A DNA stretch of 37,899 bases from a virus, in IMG/VR virus record IMGVR_UViG_3300028858_000003; one strand, 5' to 3'. Both the position numbers and the translations under genes were made by a program. Numbering within the stretch: position 1 is the first letter of the stretch; each line of letters opens with the position of its first letter. Positions 1 to 8,972 of the stretch are shown here, in pieces. The notes beneath the pieces are model-generated. The model was given only the letters and a program-made list of their open reading frames with translations. It was not told the DNA's origin and ran no database searches.

Positions 1-127
1 TTAATTACTACTGACCGTGAAGCTGTCCGTTGGGTAGAACGTGTTGGTTCTCTTAACATCCAACCACAAATCGTGGCTGTGTTAAAGACTGGTACTGCTT
101 CCTAACCTCTTAGAGTCGATTAGCTTA
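1..127. repeat. Terminal direct repeat, copy 1 (identical to 37773..37899). It is an end overlap of a circular or terminally redundant genome.
   Basis: Bases 1..127 match 37773..37899 letter for letter. The repeat carries the last 105 nt of the capsid gene (stop at 103..105) plus 22 nt downstream. Confidence 0.9.
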
Positions 128-140
128 GGCTAGTCGGCTC
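113..140 (+). terminator. Hairpin after the capsid gene; possible weak terminator or RNA stabiliser
   Basis: GAGTCGATTAGC-TTAG-GCTAGTCGGCTC forms 12 pairs including G-U. It lies 8 nt after the capsid stop. No clear T-tract follows. Confidence 0.3.
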
Positions 141-171
141 GCTAGAGTTAAGAAACTAATTTATAAACACT

Positions 172-318
172 ATGTTTTATAACTACATCTATAAAAACAA
201 AGAAACTGGTCAGACAGTTTATTCTCAGAAGGAACTTAAAGACGACAAGTTGGAATTAAAATCTTCCACTAAAAATGCGTCTATGAAGTCGAGTGAAGTT
301 TTAGAAAAAAGTAAATAA
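172..318 (+). CDS. Small hypothetical protein (48 aa)
   Basis: Open frame MFYNYIYKNKETGQ...VLEKSK between the capsid and connector genes. The start context cTATG is like other genes here. It falls below the ORF-track size cutoff. Confidence 0.3.
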   Translation: MFYNYIYKNKETGQTVYSQKELKDDKLELKSSTKNASMKSSEVLEKSK

Positions 319-324
319 TCTTAT

Positions 325-918
325 ATGCCAGAAGTCGCAAAAATAGGCAGGGGCTATACATCCAAAGCGTTGATTGAGTCGTTTCTAAGAAGCGGTACGA
401 TTAGCGATGACTTAACGTCCTATATTTTGTCGGCTCAAGAGCTGATTGAAAATACGACTGGTCGCATATTTGCTCCTGATGAAACTGAAACGGCTAGATT
501 GTTTGACGGTAACGGTTGCCGTGAACTCTTAATTAGTGACTGTGCGGAGATTACTAAGCTCGAAGTTGCGACTGATGAGTGGGGTGATAACTTTACCGAA
601 GTGCCTGATACCGAGTATAAGACCTACCCGAACGAGGCTAACGTACCGATTAGAAAATTAATCTTACGTTACATCGCTTTCTTTCAGGGCTATCAGAATA
701 TCAAAGTTACTGCTAAGTGGGGCTGGAAAGCTATACCTGCTGATATCACTTTCGTTGCGACTGCTTTAGCTGGTGGGATGTATAACGCTCAACTACCAAG
801 CAACAATCTTAAATCAGAAAGTATCGGCAATTATTCAGTCAGTTACGGCGATAAAGATTGGGACAACTTTGATAAATTAAAAGCGATAATGAAGCAGTAC
901 GAAAATATACAGATATGA
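325..918 (+). CDS. Head-tail connector/adaptor protein (gp6-like)
   Basis: First gene after the capsid. The N-terminal motif SYILSAQELIENTTGRIF resembles the gp6-like head-tail connector family. ATGA overlap couples it to the next gene. Confidence 0.55.
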   Translation: MPEVAKIGRGYTSKALIESFLRSGTISDDLTSYILSAQELIENTTGRIFAPDETETARLFDGNGCRELLISDCAEITKLEVATDEWGDNFTEVPDTEYKTYPNEANVPIRKLILRYIAFFQGYQNIKVTAKWGWKAIPADITFVATALAGGMYNAQLPSNNLKSESIGNYSVSYGDKDWDNFDKLKAIMKQYENIQI

Positions 919-1220
919 TAAATAATTTTTTCACAACTGAATTTCAGAATAGTCGGCAAGTATCAAAGGGGGAGCAAAGCAGTTTAGAAGTAGTCGGGAC
1001 GTTCAAGGGGCATATTCAGCAATCGAGCCTCGAACTCGCTCAGAACTACAATATGGCAAGTAGCCTCGCTTTCTCGGTCTGGTGCGATATTAATACCAAC
1101 GTGAAGGTCGGAGATAAAATCACTGAGTCGGGCAATAACTATTACGTCAAAGGAAGCTCAAAACGAGCCGTAGGGAACGTTAAACATCTAGAGCTCATAC
1201 TTGAGCAAGTTATTAAATAA
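915..1220 (+). CDS. Head closure / head-tail joining protein-like
   Basis: 101 aa, translationally coupled (ATGA) to the connector gene. Its size and position are typical for a head closure protein. Confidence 0.4.
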   Translation: MINNFFTTEFQNSRQVSKGEQSSLEVVGTFKGHIQQSSLELAQNYNMASSLAFSVWCDINTNVKVGDKITESGNNYYVKGSSKRAVGNVKHLELILEQVIK

Positions 1221-1238
1221 AACTCACTACAAGACAAT

Positions 1239-1655
1239 ATGGCAGGTTATTCAATAACAACTAAAGGATGTAAGGAGTTAATTGCCAGTTTCAAGAGAGC
1301 CCCCGACATAGTTGTTAAGGAAGTGTCAAATTTTATTCAGCGAGCGATGGCTCAGTACCGTAGCGGAATACAAAATAACCCTTGGACGATGAATAGTAGC
1401 GGTGGCGGTTCGCCTGTGGCACTGGTAAACGGCGGAAGCTTAAGAGCCAGTCACGAAGTATCAGTTACGCCGTGGAGTGGAAGCATTAAGCCAACAGCTT
1501 GGTACGCTCCCTACGTTCACGGTTTAGATGGTCAACTGGTTAACAAGCGAGGCGTGAAGTTAAGACCGTGGCTTGATTTCGTAGCTCAAGATAAGAAGTC
1601 CGAGATTGAGAAGCTGGAAAAAGAATTACTCGATAATGTTATAAGACAACTATGA
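1239..1655 (+). CDS. HK97 gp10-like tail completion/neck protein
   Basis: The motif GGSLRASHEV...WYAPYVHG resembles the gp10-family pattern (G-LR-S ... YA-YVE-G). It sits in the head-tail joining block. Confidence 0.55.
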   Translation: MAGYSITTKGCKELIASFKRAPDIVVKEVSNFIQRAMAQYRSGIQNNPWTMNSSGGGSPVALVNGGSLRASHEVSVTPWSGSIKPTAWYAPYVHGLDGQLVNKRGVKLRPWLDFVAQDKKSEIEKLEKELLDNVIRQL

Positions 1656-2104
1656 TAATTACATCACTAATAGAACAAATCAAAAGCATTATTGATACTA
1701 TCACGCTCGAAGTTGATGGCGTATCGGTTAAAAGATTTAAGGACGTGTTCGCTTACCCGACCGAAGAACCAGAGAATTACCCAGCGATTATCTTCTTCCC
1801 TGATAAAACCGAAAACAGTTTTAATAATAGTCAGCAAAATTTTAAAGTATATCGTTTTAAACTTTGGGTCGTTGCTGGAATTACTACCACCGCCGATACT
1901 GAAACGCTGTTTGAAACTATCTTACCTAACTCGTGCGATAGTGTGATGGAAGCGTTTGACTCGAACTGGAACTTAAACTCGATTGATGGTCATCGGGTTT
2001 GGGCGAAGATAGATTTAAGCAAGATTATCAAGAGCGATAATGACAAAGGTATTCAGGCAATCGGTGAGTTTGATATTGAAATAAAAATGTTAACTAATAA
2101 TTAG
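1652..2104 (+). CDS. Tail terminator-like neck protein
   Basis: 150 aa, ATGA-coupled to the previous gene. It is the last gene before the major tail protein. The call is by position only. Confidence 0.4.
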   Translation: MIITSLIEQIKSIIDTITLEVDGVSVKRFKDVFAYPTEEPENYPAIIFFPDKTENSFNNSQQNFKVYRFKLWVVAGITTTADTETLFETILPNSCDSVMEAFDSNWNLNSIDGHRVWAKIDLSKIIKSDNDKGIQAIGEFDIEIKMLTNN

Positions 2105-2163
2105 ATTTAATAAACAACTTATTCTAGGAAACTAACGCAAACTAGAATAGGCAGATAAATTTT

Positions 2164-3150
2164 ATGAGCGAAATAATCGGAAAGCAAATTGAAGTCGGCG
2201 TTTCCATAGAGGCTACTCGTGGCACTCTGGGTGCGTCTGCTCAAAAATGGTTGAAGTATTTAACTACAACCTTTAGAGAAAAAATCGCAAAAGTCGAAGA
2301 TAAGAGTCAACACAATTCCTTTGCTGACGCTGATGGTCACAGAGTTGTGAAAACTTGGGTAGAAGGTGAAATTACTGGTCACGTCCACGCTGACGGTATC
2401 GGTTATTTACTGGCTTCTTTACTCGGTGCTCCGACTACAACTGCGGTTTTAGCCAATGTAAAAGACCACGACTTCATCTTAGACGCTGACGCTTTACATC
2501 CTAGCCTTTCTTTATTCTTAAAAGATGGTGGAATAAAACAAGAAGGTTATAACGGTTGCCAAGTATCAAGCCTTGAAATCTCAGGCAGTGTCGAAGATTA
2601 CGTGAAGTTTAGCGGTAACTTAATCGGTAGAGGAGGTGTCGCTGATACTAAGAGCCCAACTTACTCAACGAGTGAGTATGATTTCATCGGTAAGGAAGTG
2701 ACTATCAAGATGGCGGACAGTTTAGCTGGTTTAACTGGGGCAACTCCTGTCTTAGCCACTAACTTTAAGTTTAAGTTTGATAACGGCTCAAAAGCCAATC
2801 ATTGCCTTGGTTCTTTACCACCTACTGAGGTGCTTGCGACTAAGATGTCAATCGAAGGTTCAATCAGCAAAAACTTTGTTGATAATTCCTACGAAACAAT
2901 GTTTAAAAACGGCACAGCGAAGTATATTCAAATCGCTATCGTTGGTGACGCATTGCTTGACGCTACTAATCACCCACAAATAATCTTAACTTTGAATAAA
3001 GCTCAGGTTACTAACTGGTCACCGAAAGGTAACGCCGAAGATATCATCACTGAGGATGTTGATTTTAAAGGCTATTGGAACGCAACTGACGCTAAGTTAT
3101 TTTCTTTAACCCTAAGAAATTTAACCGCTGGTTATTCAACTGGTGTTTAA
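2164..3150 (+). CDS. Major tail protein
   Basis: 328 aa, directly upstream of the chaperone pair and tape measure and flanked by hairpins. The call is by synteny. Confidence 0.6.
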   Translation: MSEIIGKQIEVGVSIEATRGTLGASAQKWLKYLTTTFREKIAKVEDKSQHNSFADADGHRVVKTWVEGEITGHVHADGIGYLLASLLGAPTTTAVLANVKDHDFILDADALHPSLSLFLKDGGIKQEGYNGCQVSSLEISGSVEDYVKFSGNLIGRGGVADTKSPTYSTSEYDFIGKEVTIKMADSLAGLTGATPVLATNFKFKFDNGSKANHCLGSLPPTEVLATKMSIEGSISKNFVDNSYETMFKNGTAKYIQIAIVGDALLDATNHPQIILTLNKAQVTNWSPKGNAEDIITEDVDFKGYWNATDAKLFSLTLRNLTAGYSTGV

Positions 3151-3178
3151 AATAAATTAATTAATAAATTAGTTCTTT

Positions 3179-3211
3179 GGTGGAGTGGTTATTTGTCTAA
3201 CTAACTCCACC
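3179..3211 (+). terminator. Hairpin after the major tail gene (attenuator or stabiliser)
   Basis: Perfect 8-bp stem GGTGGAGT/ACTCCACC with a 17-nt loop. No T-tract follows. Confidence 0.3.
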
Positions 3212-3230
3212 TTAGACAGAAAAGAACTCT

Positions 3231-3566
3231 ATGAAAGAAATCAAATTATCAAACGGCACGGACGTTGCCGTTATCAAAGACTTTTGTTCCCGTGGCGAGA
3301 AGAAGCGAATTAAAAACCTATTGTTCGGAGGCACAGTGATGAACCAAGGTGAAGGCGGTAAGATGAAAACGGACGGCTTATCAATGAAAGCCTTAGAGGA
3401 CGCTAACGATTTAGCCTTAACTTTACTAGTTGAGAAACTAATCATCGGCGGTGTTGAAAAATTAAATCTAACCGTTAATGATTTTGACGCTCTTGATACT
3501 CGTGACTTTGATATCATCAGCAAGGAAGTAAATTTATTAGTCAACCCAGAACTCCCAAACGCTTAA
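3231..3566 (+). CDS. Tail assembly chaperone (G-like, zero-frame product)
   Basis: 111 aa between the major tail protein and the tape measure. It ends 4 nt after a slippery heptamer. Confidence 0.75.
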   Translation: MKEIKLSNGTDVAVIKDFCSRGEKKRIKNLLFGGTVMNQGEGGKMKTDGLSMKALEDANDLALTLLVEKLIIGGVEKLNLTVNDFDALDTRDFDIISKEVNLLVNPELPNA

Positions 3567-3751
3567 CGGACACTATCTACAAGCTACTAAGTGGGGTAAG
3601 TGTCCCTGATGTTCCTGAGGAGTATGTCGAATATCGACTATGTAAGCATTTCGGCTGGACTCCTAATCAGTTAGACGAGATAGATAATTATAAGCTTCAA
3701 GTCTTTCTAGAAATAATCGCTTGTGAGCAGGAAGTAAATAACAAAGAATAA
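3231..3751 (+). CDS. Tail assembly chaperone frameshift fusion (GT-like)
   Basis: A -1 slip at 3554..3560 adds 63 codons (RLTDTIYKLLSGVSVPDV...EQEVNNKE). The product ends 7 nt before the tape measure start. Confidence 0.65.
3554..3560 (+). promoter_or_regulatory. Programmed -1 ribosomal frameshift site C_CCA_AAC
   Basis: An X_XXY_YYZ heptamer in the correct zero frame (ctC CCA AAC gct taa). The -1 frame stays open from here to TAA at 3749..3751. Confidence 0.7.
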
Positions 3752-3757
3752 AATTAT

Positions 3758-5884
3758 ATGGCTGACCAAAAAAATCTAGAGATAGCAATCAACGCAGTAA
3801 ATAACGCCAGTAAACAGCTAGACGATGTTACTAAGTCTTTAGGTGGTGTCAGTACAGCCAGTGATAAAGCAAATACCGCCCAAGGCTCGATGTCGAAGGC
3901 GGTATTTAACGGTGTCGCAATGTGGGACTTAGCAAAAGGGGCGTTCCGTATGGCGAGTGGTTTCATCTCGGAGAGTATCGAGTTAGCCAAAGAAGCCGAA
4001 CTGACTACGGTTAAATATAATGCCGTCTTAAACTCCATCCCAAATCTAACTGAGCAAGCCAGACAAGCCACGCTTAGCTACGGCAACTCCTTGCTTCAAT
4101 ACGGCGTTGATAATGAACAGGCGACACTTTATACCGCTAAGTTCTTAAAAGCGACTGGTGACGTAGGACAGAGCCAACACTTAATGAAAACGGCGTTAGA
4201 CCTAACCGCTTCGGGTTATGGAACACTTGAGTCCAACGTTGATAATCTCAGTAAGGTTTTAGTCGGTAAAGGCACAAGAGCTCTAATGGAATATAAGGTT
4301 AACTTAAAAGATGGGGCAACGACTGCCGAACAGTTAGACGCAATTCAAAAGAAAGCAACGACCTCGATTGAAGATTGGGCAAAAACGACTGAGGGTAAGA
4401 CTGCCATAATGAAGGAGAAATTTAACGAAGTCAAAGAAGGTTTAGGCGGTGGCTTCTTGCCCGTGATTAACTCGGTCGCTGACGCAGGGATGGGACTGCT
4501 AGACGCTTTAATCGCTGACTCGCAGGGAGCAAACATAATGGGCAATACTCTAGCGGTCGTATCTAATTTCTTAATCGGTTTAGGTCAGACCGTATGGACG
4601 ATTATAAAAATCTTCGGCAACTTCGGAGCTGGGCTAATCTTAGTCGGCGATATCGCTTGGAACTTTGTTAAAACAGTCTGGGACAATTTTAAAAATTTCG
4701 CTAAGAACTTGGGTCTTATTTTTAAGGCGATGTTTGAGGGTATTAGCGGTAACTTCGAGGGAGCAAAAAACACACTCGCTAGTTTAAACGAGATTGATAC
4801 TTCTGGCTTATCTATGAGTATGGACGCTTTTAATAATAACGCTCAGGAGGCTGGCAAGAGTGTCGGTGAATTACAATTTGGCATTAAGAAAATGTTTGCT
4901 GGAACGCAGGGAGCAAACAATTTGAAATTTGATATTCAGGGAGCAAAGGACGGCTTTAATAACGTTAAAGATGCAACGGGTAACGCTGGGGCTGGGGTTG
5001 ATGAACTCGCTCAGAAGATGACGGAGTTAAAGGACAAGATGAAAGATACCGTCTTAAAGGGGGTGGACGCTTTTGATGAACTTCAAAAGAAGATTATTGA
5101 TATTCAAACCCAGATGGGTCAGCTTAGTTCCGAGAACGCTTTGAATAAATTTTCTGACCAAGAAGATTTAGCTAAAGCCTATGCCGACCAAGAAACTAAG
5201 GTCGCTGATTTAGCCAAAGAATTATCACAGAAAAAAGCTGACTATAACACCAAGATGAACGAGTCGGTAACTTCTGATAATATCGTGAGCCATAATCAGG
5301 AGATGGCTAAACTTCAAACCGAACTAGACGCACAAAAGGCAACTTACGATAAAGAGAAACAGGCTCTAGAGGCTCATAGCACAATTTTAATCGCATACGG
5401 CGATAAAGTTGCGGACGCAAGACGAGTCAACAACTTAACTGATTTTGAAAAGACCTTAGAAACGACCAACAAGAAAATGTTATTGGCTCAAGATGAGTTT
5501 AATAACAAGATGGAAAGCTTCCAAAAAGAATTGACTGCCGAGCAGATTAAACAGGCAACGGTTAAAGCCTTACAGGAGCAAGCTTTAAAAGAGGCTGATA
5601 AATTTCTTGCTCAAGGCGAGAAGCAAACGGCTGATAGTGTAAATAAAGAAATCGCTTACTACAACGCTTTAGCGGACGCAATCGCTAGAGCCAAAGCAGG
5701 TCAACGCTCATCGAGTGTCGCTCTAGCTAGTGGCACTGATAAACGGGCAACAGCAAGCACAGCGGTCACCGTAAATATCAACGCTGGCAATGTAGTCGGT
5801 GACGCTGGTATTAAAGCTCTAGCCAATTTAGTCAGTAATAAAGTTGGTCAGATGGTCGGAGCTAACGCAAAATTAACCAATTAA
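3758..5884 (+). CDS. Tail tape measure protein
   Basis: 708 aa directly after the G/GT pair. Helical A/K/E/Q-rich ends flank a hydrophobic glycine-rich core (NFLIGLGQTVWTIIKIFGNFGAGLILVG). Confidence 0.85.
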   Translation: MADQKNLEIAINAVNNASKQLDDVTKSLGGVSTASDKANTAQGSMSKAVFNGVAMWDLAKGAFRMASGFISESIELAKEAELTTVKYNAVLNSIPNLTEQARQATLSYGNSLLQYGVDNEQATLYTAKFLKATGDVGQSQHLMKTALDLTASGYGTLESNVDNLSKVLVGKGTRALMEYKVNLKDGATTAEQLDAIQKKATTSIEDWAKTTEGKTAIMKEKFNEVKEGLGGGFLPVINSVADAGMGLLDALIADSQGANIMGNTLAVVSNFLIGLGQTVWTIIKIFGNFGAGLILVGDIAWNFVKTVWDNFKNFAKNLGLIFKAMFEGISGNFEGAKNTLASLNEIDTSGLSMSMDAFNNNAQEAGKSVGELQFGIKKMFAGTQGANNLKFDIQGAKDGFNNVKDATGNAGAGVDELAQKMTELKDKMKDTVLKGVDAFDELQKKIIDIQTQMGQLSSENALNKFSDQEDLAKAYADQETKVADLAKELSQKKADYNTKMNESVTSDNIVSHNQEMAKLQTELDAQKATYDKEKQALEAHSTILIAYGDKVADARRVNNLTDFEKTLETTNKKMLLAQDEFNNKMESFQKELTAEQIKQATVKALQEQALKEADKFLAQGEKQTADSVNKEIAYYNALADAIARAKAGQRSSSVALASGTDKRATASTAVTVNINAGNVVGDAGIKALANLVSNKVGQMVGANAKLTN

Positions 5885-5885
5885 T

Positions 5886-8363
5886 ATGCTACAAGTTTTA
5901 ATCGACAATATTGATAAGACATCTCTCATCGACTGGGAGAGTTTTGCCGTTGAGTCGAATAAGGATGAAATCATTGATACTGTTAATTTCAGAGTATTTG
6001 TTTATGAAGGTGTGACTTTTAACCCTCAATATAATCAAGATGTAAAAGTAAAAGAGGACGGTAACGTTGTTTTTGCTGGGACTATTCAGACCGTTAAGCA
6101 GACTGTCGAAAACTCAAGCGTGATTATCTACGATATCGAAGCGAGTGATTACACCGTTAAATTAGTTGGTATCTTTGCTTCAAAGACCTATAAATCAACT
6201 CCTGCGGTTGTCCCTGCTTATTTGTACAGCAAGATGATTACAATCACGGGTCAGACTGGGGCTGGTACTGGCTTTCAAGTGCCGATTTTAGTTGGTGAAA
6301 GTTCTGGCTCTGCTGGGGTAAATGTTCACACTAACGGACACTCTAGTTTATTCCCAACCGCTAAAAATATCTCTGGTGATTTGCGTTTTAGAGCGTCAGA
6401 CCAGACTACTGAGTTGCCGTTTTGGGTTGAGAGTGTAACGGGCGTAACGCCTAATCGTGTGGCTAAGTGCTGGGTTAAGGTATCGGCTGATTTAGGAACT
6501 AATCAGAATATCTATTTAGCTTACAGCGGTGATACTACTAATGTCAGTAATGGCGATAATACTTTCTTATTGTTTGATGACTTCGCTGATGGCTTAATTG
6601 ACGCTAATAAGTGGGTCGTGGGGGCTGGCAGTGGTTCAGATAGTGCGACTGAGGCAAGTGATTTACTTACCGTGGTTAATGACGCTGTGTCCCCTGAGAA
6701 AATGATACAGTCAAAGAACGCCTTGGCTGGTGATATTGAAATGGTGGCTTATATGAAAGCGACCACAGCCATCGCTTCTAATTTAGGTATTAGTATCTTT
6801 GACTCAAATCAAGCGGACGGTAATGCGATTACAACATTTTTTAATAACACCAGTAATTTTAATCTTTACTCAAGAGCGACTGGAACTTGGACTCAGGCTC
6901 AAGCAACTGTTGGCTCTTTCTCTCAAAACGTTTTATATAAAATCGCTTTGAAATTAGTCGGCTCAACAGCGACCTTTAAGAAGGATGATGTTGCGACTGG
7001 TAACGCTTGGACTAAGGCTCTTGGTACTAGTCGTTATTTAATGCTTGGTGCTCGTGTTTGGCAGGAAGCCTCAACTGATAGCGGAACGCTTGCTTACGAT
7101 TACGTCTATGCTAAAAAGACAATGACGGCTGAACCAGCATTTAGTACAGCAGGTGCGGAGGTAACAGGTACAACTACGCCAGCAACTAATTGGACTGTTA
7201 ACAATATTTTAACAGACCTCTGTTCATCTTTCGCCCCTGAATTTAACGCAACCAATGCTCACTGTGATTTTATCGTTCCTAAAATTGTCTTTAACCAAGT
7301 GCCGATATTAGAGTGTATAAAAAAATTAGCCAGCATTGTTAACTTCTCGTTCTTCATCGACTATAACAAATCAATTCACTTCTTTAATGAGAGTGATGGC
7401 TTTGCTCCGTTCTCAATTACGGACGCTGGCGGTTATGAGTTTGACTCACTAGAGAGAACTTTAGACGGCTCACAGTTAGTGAACGTGGTTAAGGTTCGTG
7501 GCGGAGAATATGACGGGGCGTTGTTTACTGATAAAATTACCGCTTCTGGCTCAGTGACTAAGACCTTTACTATCGCTAAAAAACTTTCTAATCTAACCGT
7601 TAAATTAAACGGCGTAGTTAAAAATGTTGGTATAGATAACATTGATAATTTCACGACTGATGATGTTTTATATAATTATAATAATCAATCAATCGCTTTC
7701 CAAAACAACTTAGCTGATGGCGATGTCATTGAATACTCTGGTAACCCTAAGGTGCGTGTCTTTCAAATCGCCGAAGATACTTCGAGCATTAATCAGTACG
7801 GCAGAATTGAGAAGTTAATCAGAGAAGATGATATTAGAGATAACGTGATTGCTCGTAAGCGAGCGGTGGCAGAACTCTATGCTTACTCAAATGGTATCAT
7901 TGACGCTCGGTTCGATACTACTCAAAGTGGTTTAAGAGTTGGGCAATCGGTTTTAGTTGATTGTCCTAGCCGTAATTTCACGGAGAGTTTAACCATTAAG
8001 ACTGTGAAGTTTATCACTAATAGCCCAACTTCGTTTAGATATCAGGTGGACTTAATTAATACCAAGCGAGCCACTTTAATTAGTATATTAAGCAAATTGC
8101 TCGTTCCTGTTTCTTTAGATATTGATGATACCGAAGTTAATGAAGATATAAGACTTGATATTGCTGAGTTAAAATTAGTTGAACAGCATACCGTTGTCAG
8201 TGCGTTCTTAGATGACGCTGATTTAGAAGTTTTAGAAACGCATTATATTAACCCACTGGGAGCAGGTGTCGAGCCGTTTTGGGTTTTGGGTGATTATTTC
8301 CCAACGAGTGCGAGTGACCCTAAGCGTGTTGGAATTTTAGATAATTCCCTTACACTTTATTAG
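5886..8363 (+). CDS. Distal tail/baseplate hub-like protein with a DUF2341 plus LamG-like (concanavalin-type lectin) insertion
   Basis: Starts 1 nt after the tape measure stop. Residues ~105..430 read like DUF2341 plus LamG (DLRFRASDQTTELPFWVES...KCWVKV...IYLAYSGD...FLLFDDFADG..KW). Confidence 0.55.
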   Translation: MLQVLIDNIDKTSLIDWESFAVESNKDEIIDTVNFRVFVYEGVTFNPQYNQDVKVKEDGNVVFAGTIQTVKQTVENSSVIIYDIEASDYTVKLVGIFASKTYKSTPAVVPAYLYSKMITITGQTGAGTGFQVPILVGESSGSAGVNVHTNGHSSLFPTAKNISGDLRFRASDQTTELPFWVESVTGVTPNRVAKCWVKVSADLGTNQNIYLAYSGDTTNVSNGDNTFLLFDDFADGLIDANKWVVGAGSGSDSATEASDLLTVVNDAVSPEKMIQSKNALAGDIEMVAYMKATTAIASNLGISIFDSNQADGNAITTFFNNTSNFNLYSRATGTWTQAQATVGSFSQNVLYKIALKLVGSTATFKKDDVATGNAWTKALGTSRYLMLGARVWQEASTDSGTLAYDYVYAKKTMTAEPAFSTAGAEVTGTTTPATNWTVNNILTDLCSSFAPEFNATNAHCDFIVPKIVFNQVPILECIKKLASIVNFSFFIDYNKSIHFFNESDGFAPFSITDAGGYEFDSLERTLDGSQLVNVVKVRGGEYDGALFTDKITASGSVTKTFTIAKKLSNLTVKLNGVVKNVGIDNIDNFTTDDVLYNYNNQSIAFQNNLADGDVIEYSGNPKVRVFQIAEDTSSINQYGRIEKLIREDDIRDNVIARKRAVAELYAYSNGIIDARFDTTQSGLRVGQSVLVDCPSRNFTESLTIKTVKFITNSPTSFRYQVDLINTKRATLISILSKLLVPVSLDIDDTEVNEDIRLDIAELKLVEQHTVVSAFLDDADLEVLETHYINPLGAGVEPFWVLGDYFPTSASDPKRVGILDNSLTLY

Positions 8364-8383
8364 TTTTCAAATCATTAAAAAAA

Positions 8384-8392
8384 TGTTATAAT
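8384..8392 (+). promoter_or_regulatory. Extended -10 promoter box TGTTATAAT
   Basis: TGnTATAAT lies in the 35-nt gap before 8399. The hexamer ends exactly 6 nt before the ATG. Confidence 0.45.
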
Positions 8393-8398
8393 AATACT

Positions 8399-8968
8399 AT
8401 GAATAACGACAATCGCATTGACCAAGCAACGCTTAAATTAAAAAGAAATCAAACTTTTTTCTCTCTAGCCAGTTTTGTAACTAAAGACCACCCAGTAATC
8501 AAAGCTCTAACAGATTTCGCAATGGGTAAAACCGAGTGGAGCTCATTAAGACCTTACATCAAAAGCAGGGTCATTTTAAATTACGCTAGTGGGCATAATA
8601 TCATCGCTTTAGACGGCAGACGTAACATTATGGCACGTTTGGCTGGGGACAATACTAACGATATTGATATCACTCACGGAGCACTGGGGGCTGGGTCAAC
8701 GGCGTTTATTGAAAATAATCACGGCTTAACTAATGAGATTTATCGTTGCGTGCCTAACTCGACATCTTTTGAAAACGATACGATGTACGCTGACTTCTTT
8801 ATCGGGGCTGGCGATGTTGCTAATCAAACTTTCAATGAGTGGGCAACGTTTATGGCAGGAACAATGGCAAGAAACTCTGGTCTTGCGTTCTCACTTTTTC
8901 TAACTGGCGGTTGGGTTAAAACTGGTTCAATGTTTGTTAGCTCTAAATATCAATTACTAAACGCTTAA
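8399..8968 (+). CDS. Hypothetical tail-tip/baseplate-associated protein
   Basis: 189 aa between two large tail-tip proteins. No motif was recognised. Confidence 0.5.
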   Translation: MNNDNRIDQATLKLKRNQTFFSLASFVTKDHPVIKALTDFAMGKTEWSSLRPYIKSRVILNYASGHNIIALDGRRNIMARLAGDNTNDIDITHGALGAGSTAFIENNHGLTNEIYRCVPNSTSFENDTMYADFFIGAGDVANQTFNEWATFMAGTMARNSGLAFSLFLTGGWVKTGSMFVSSKYQLLNA

Positions 8969-8972
8969 TTTT

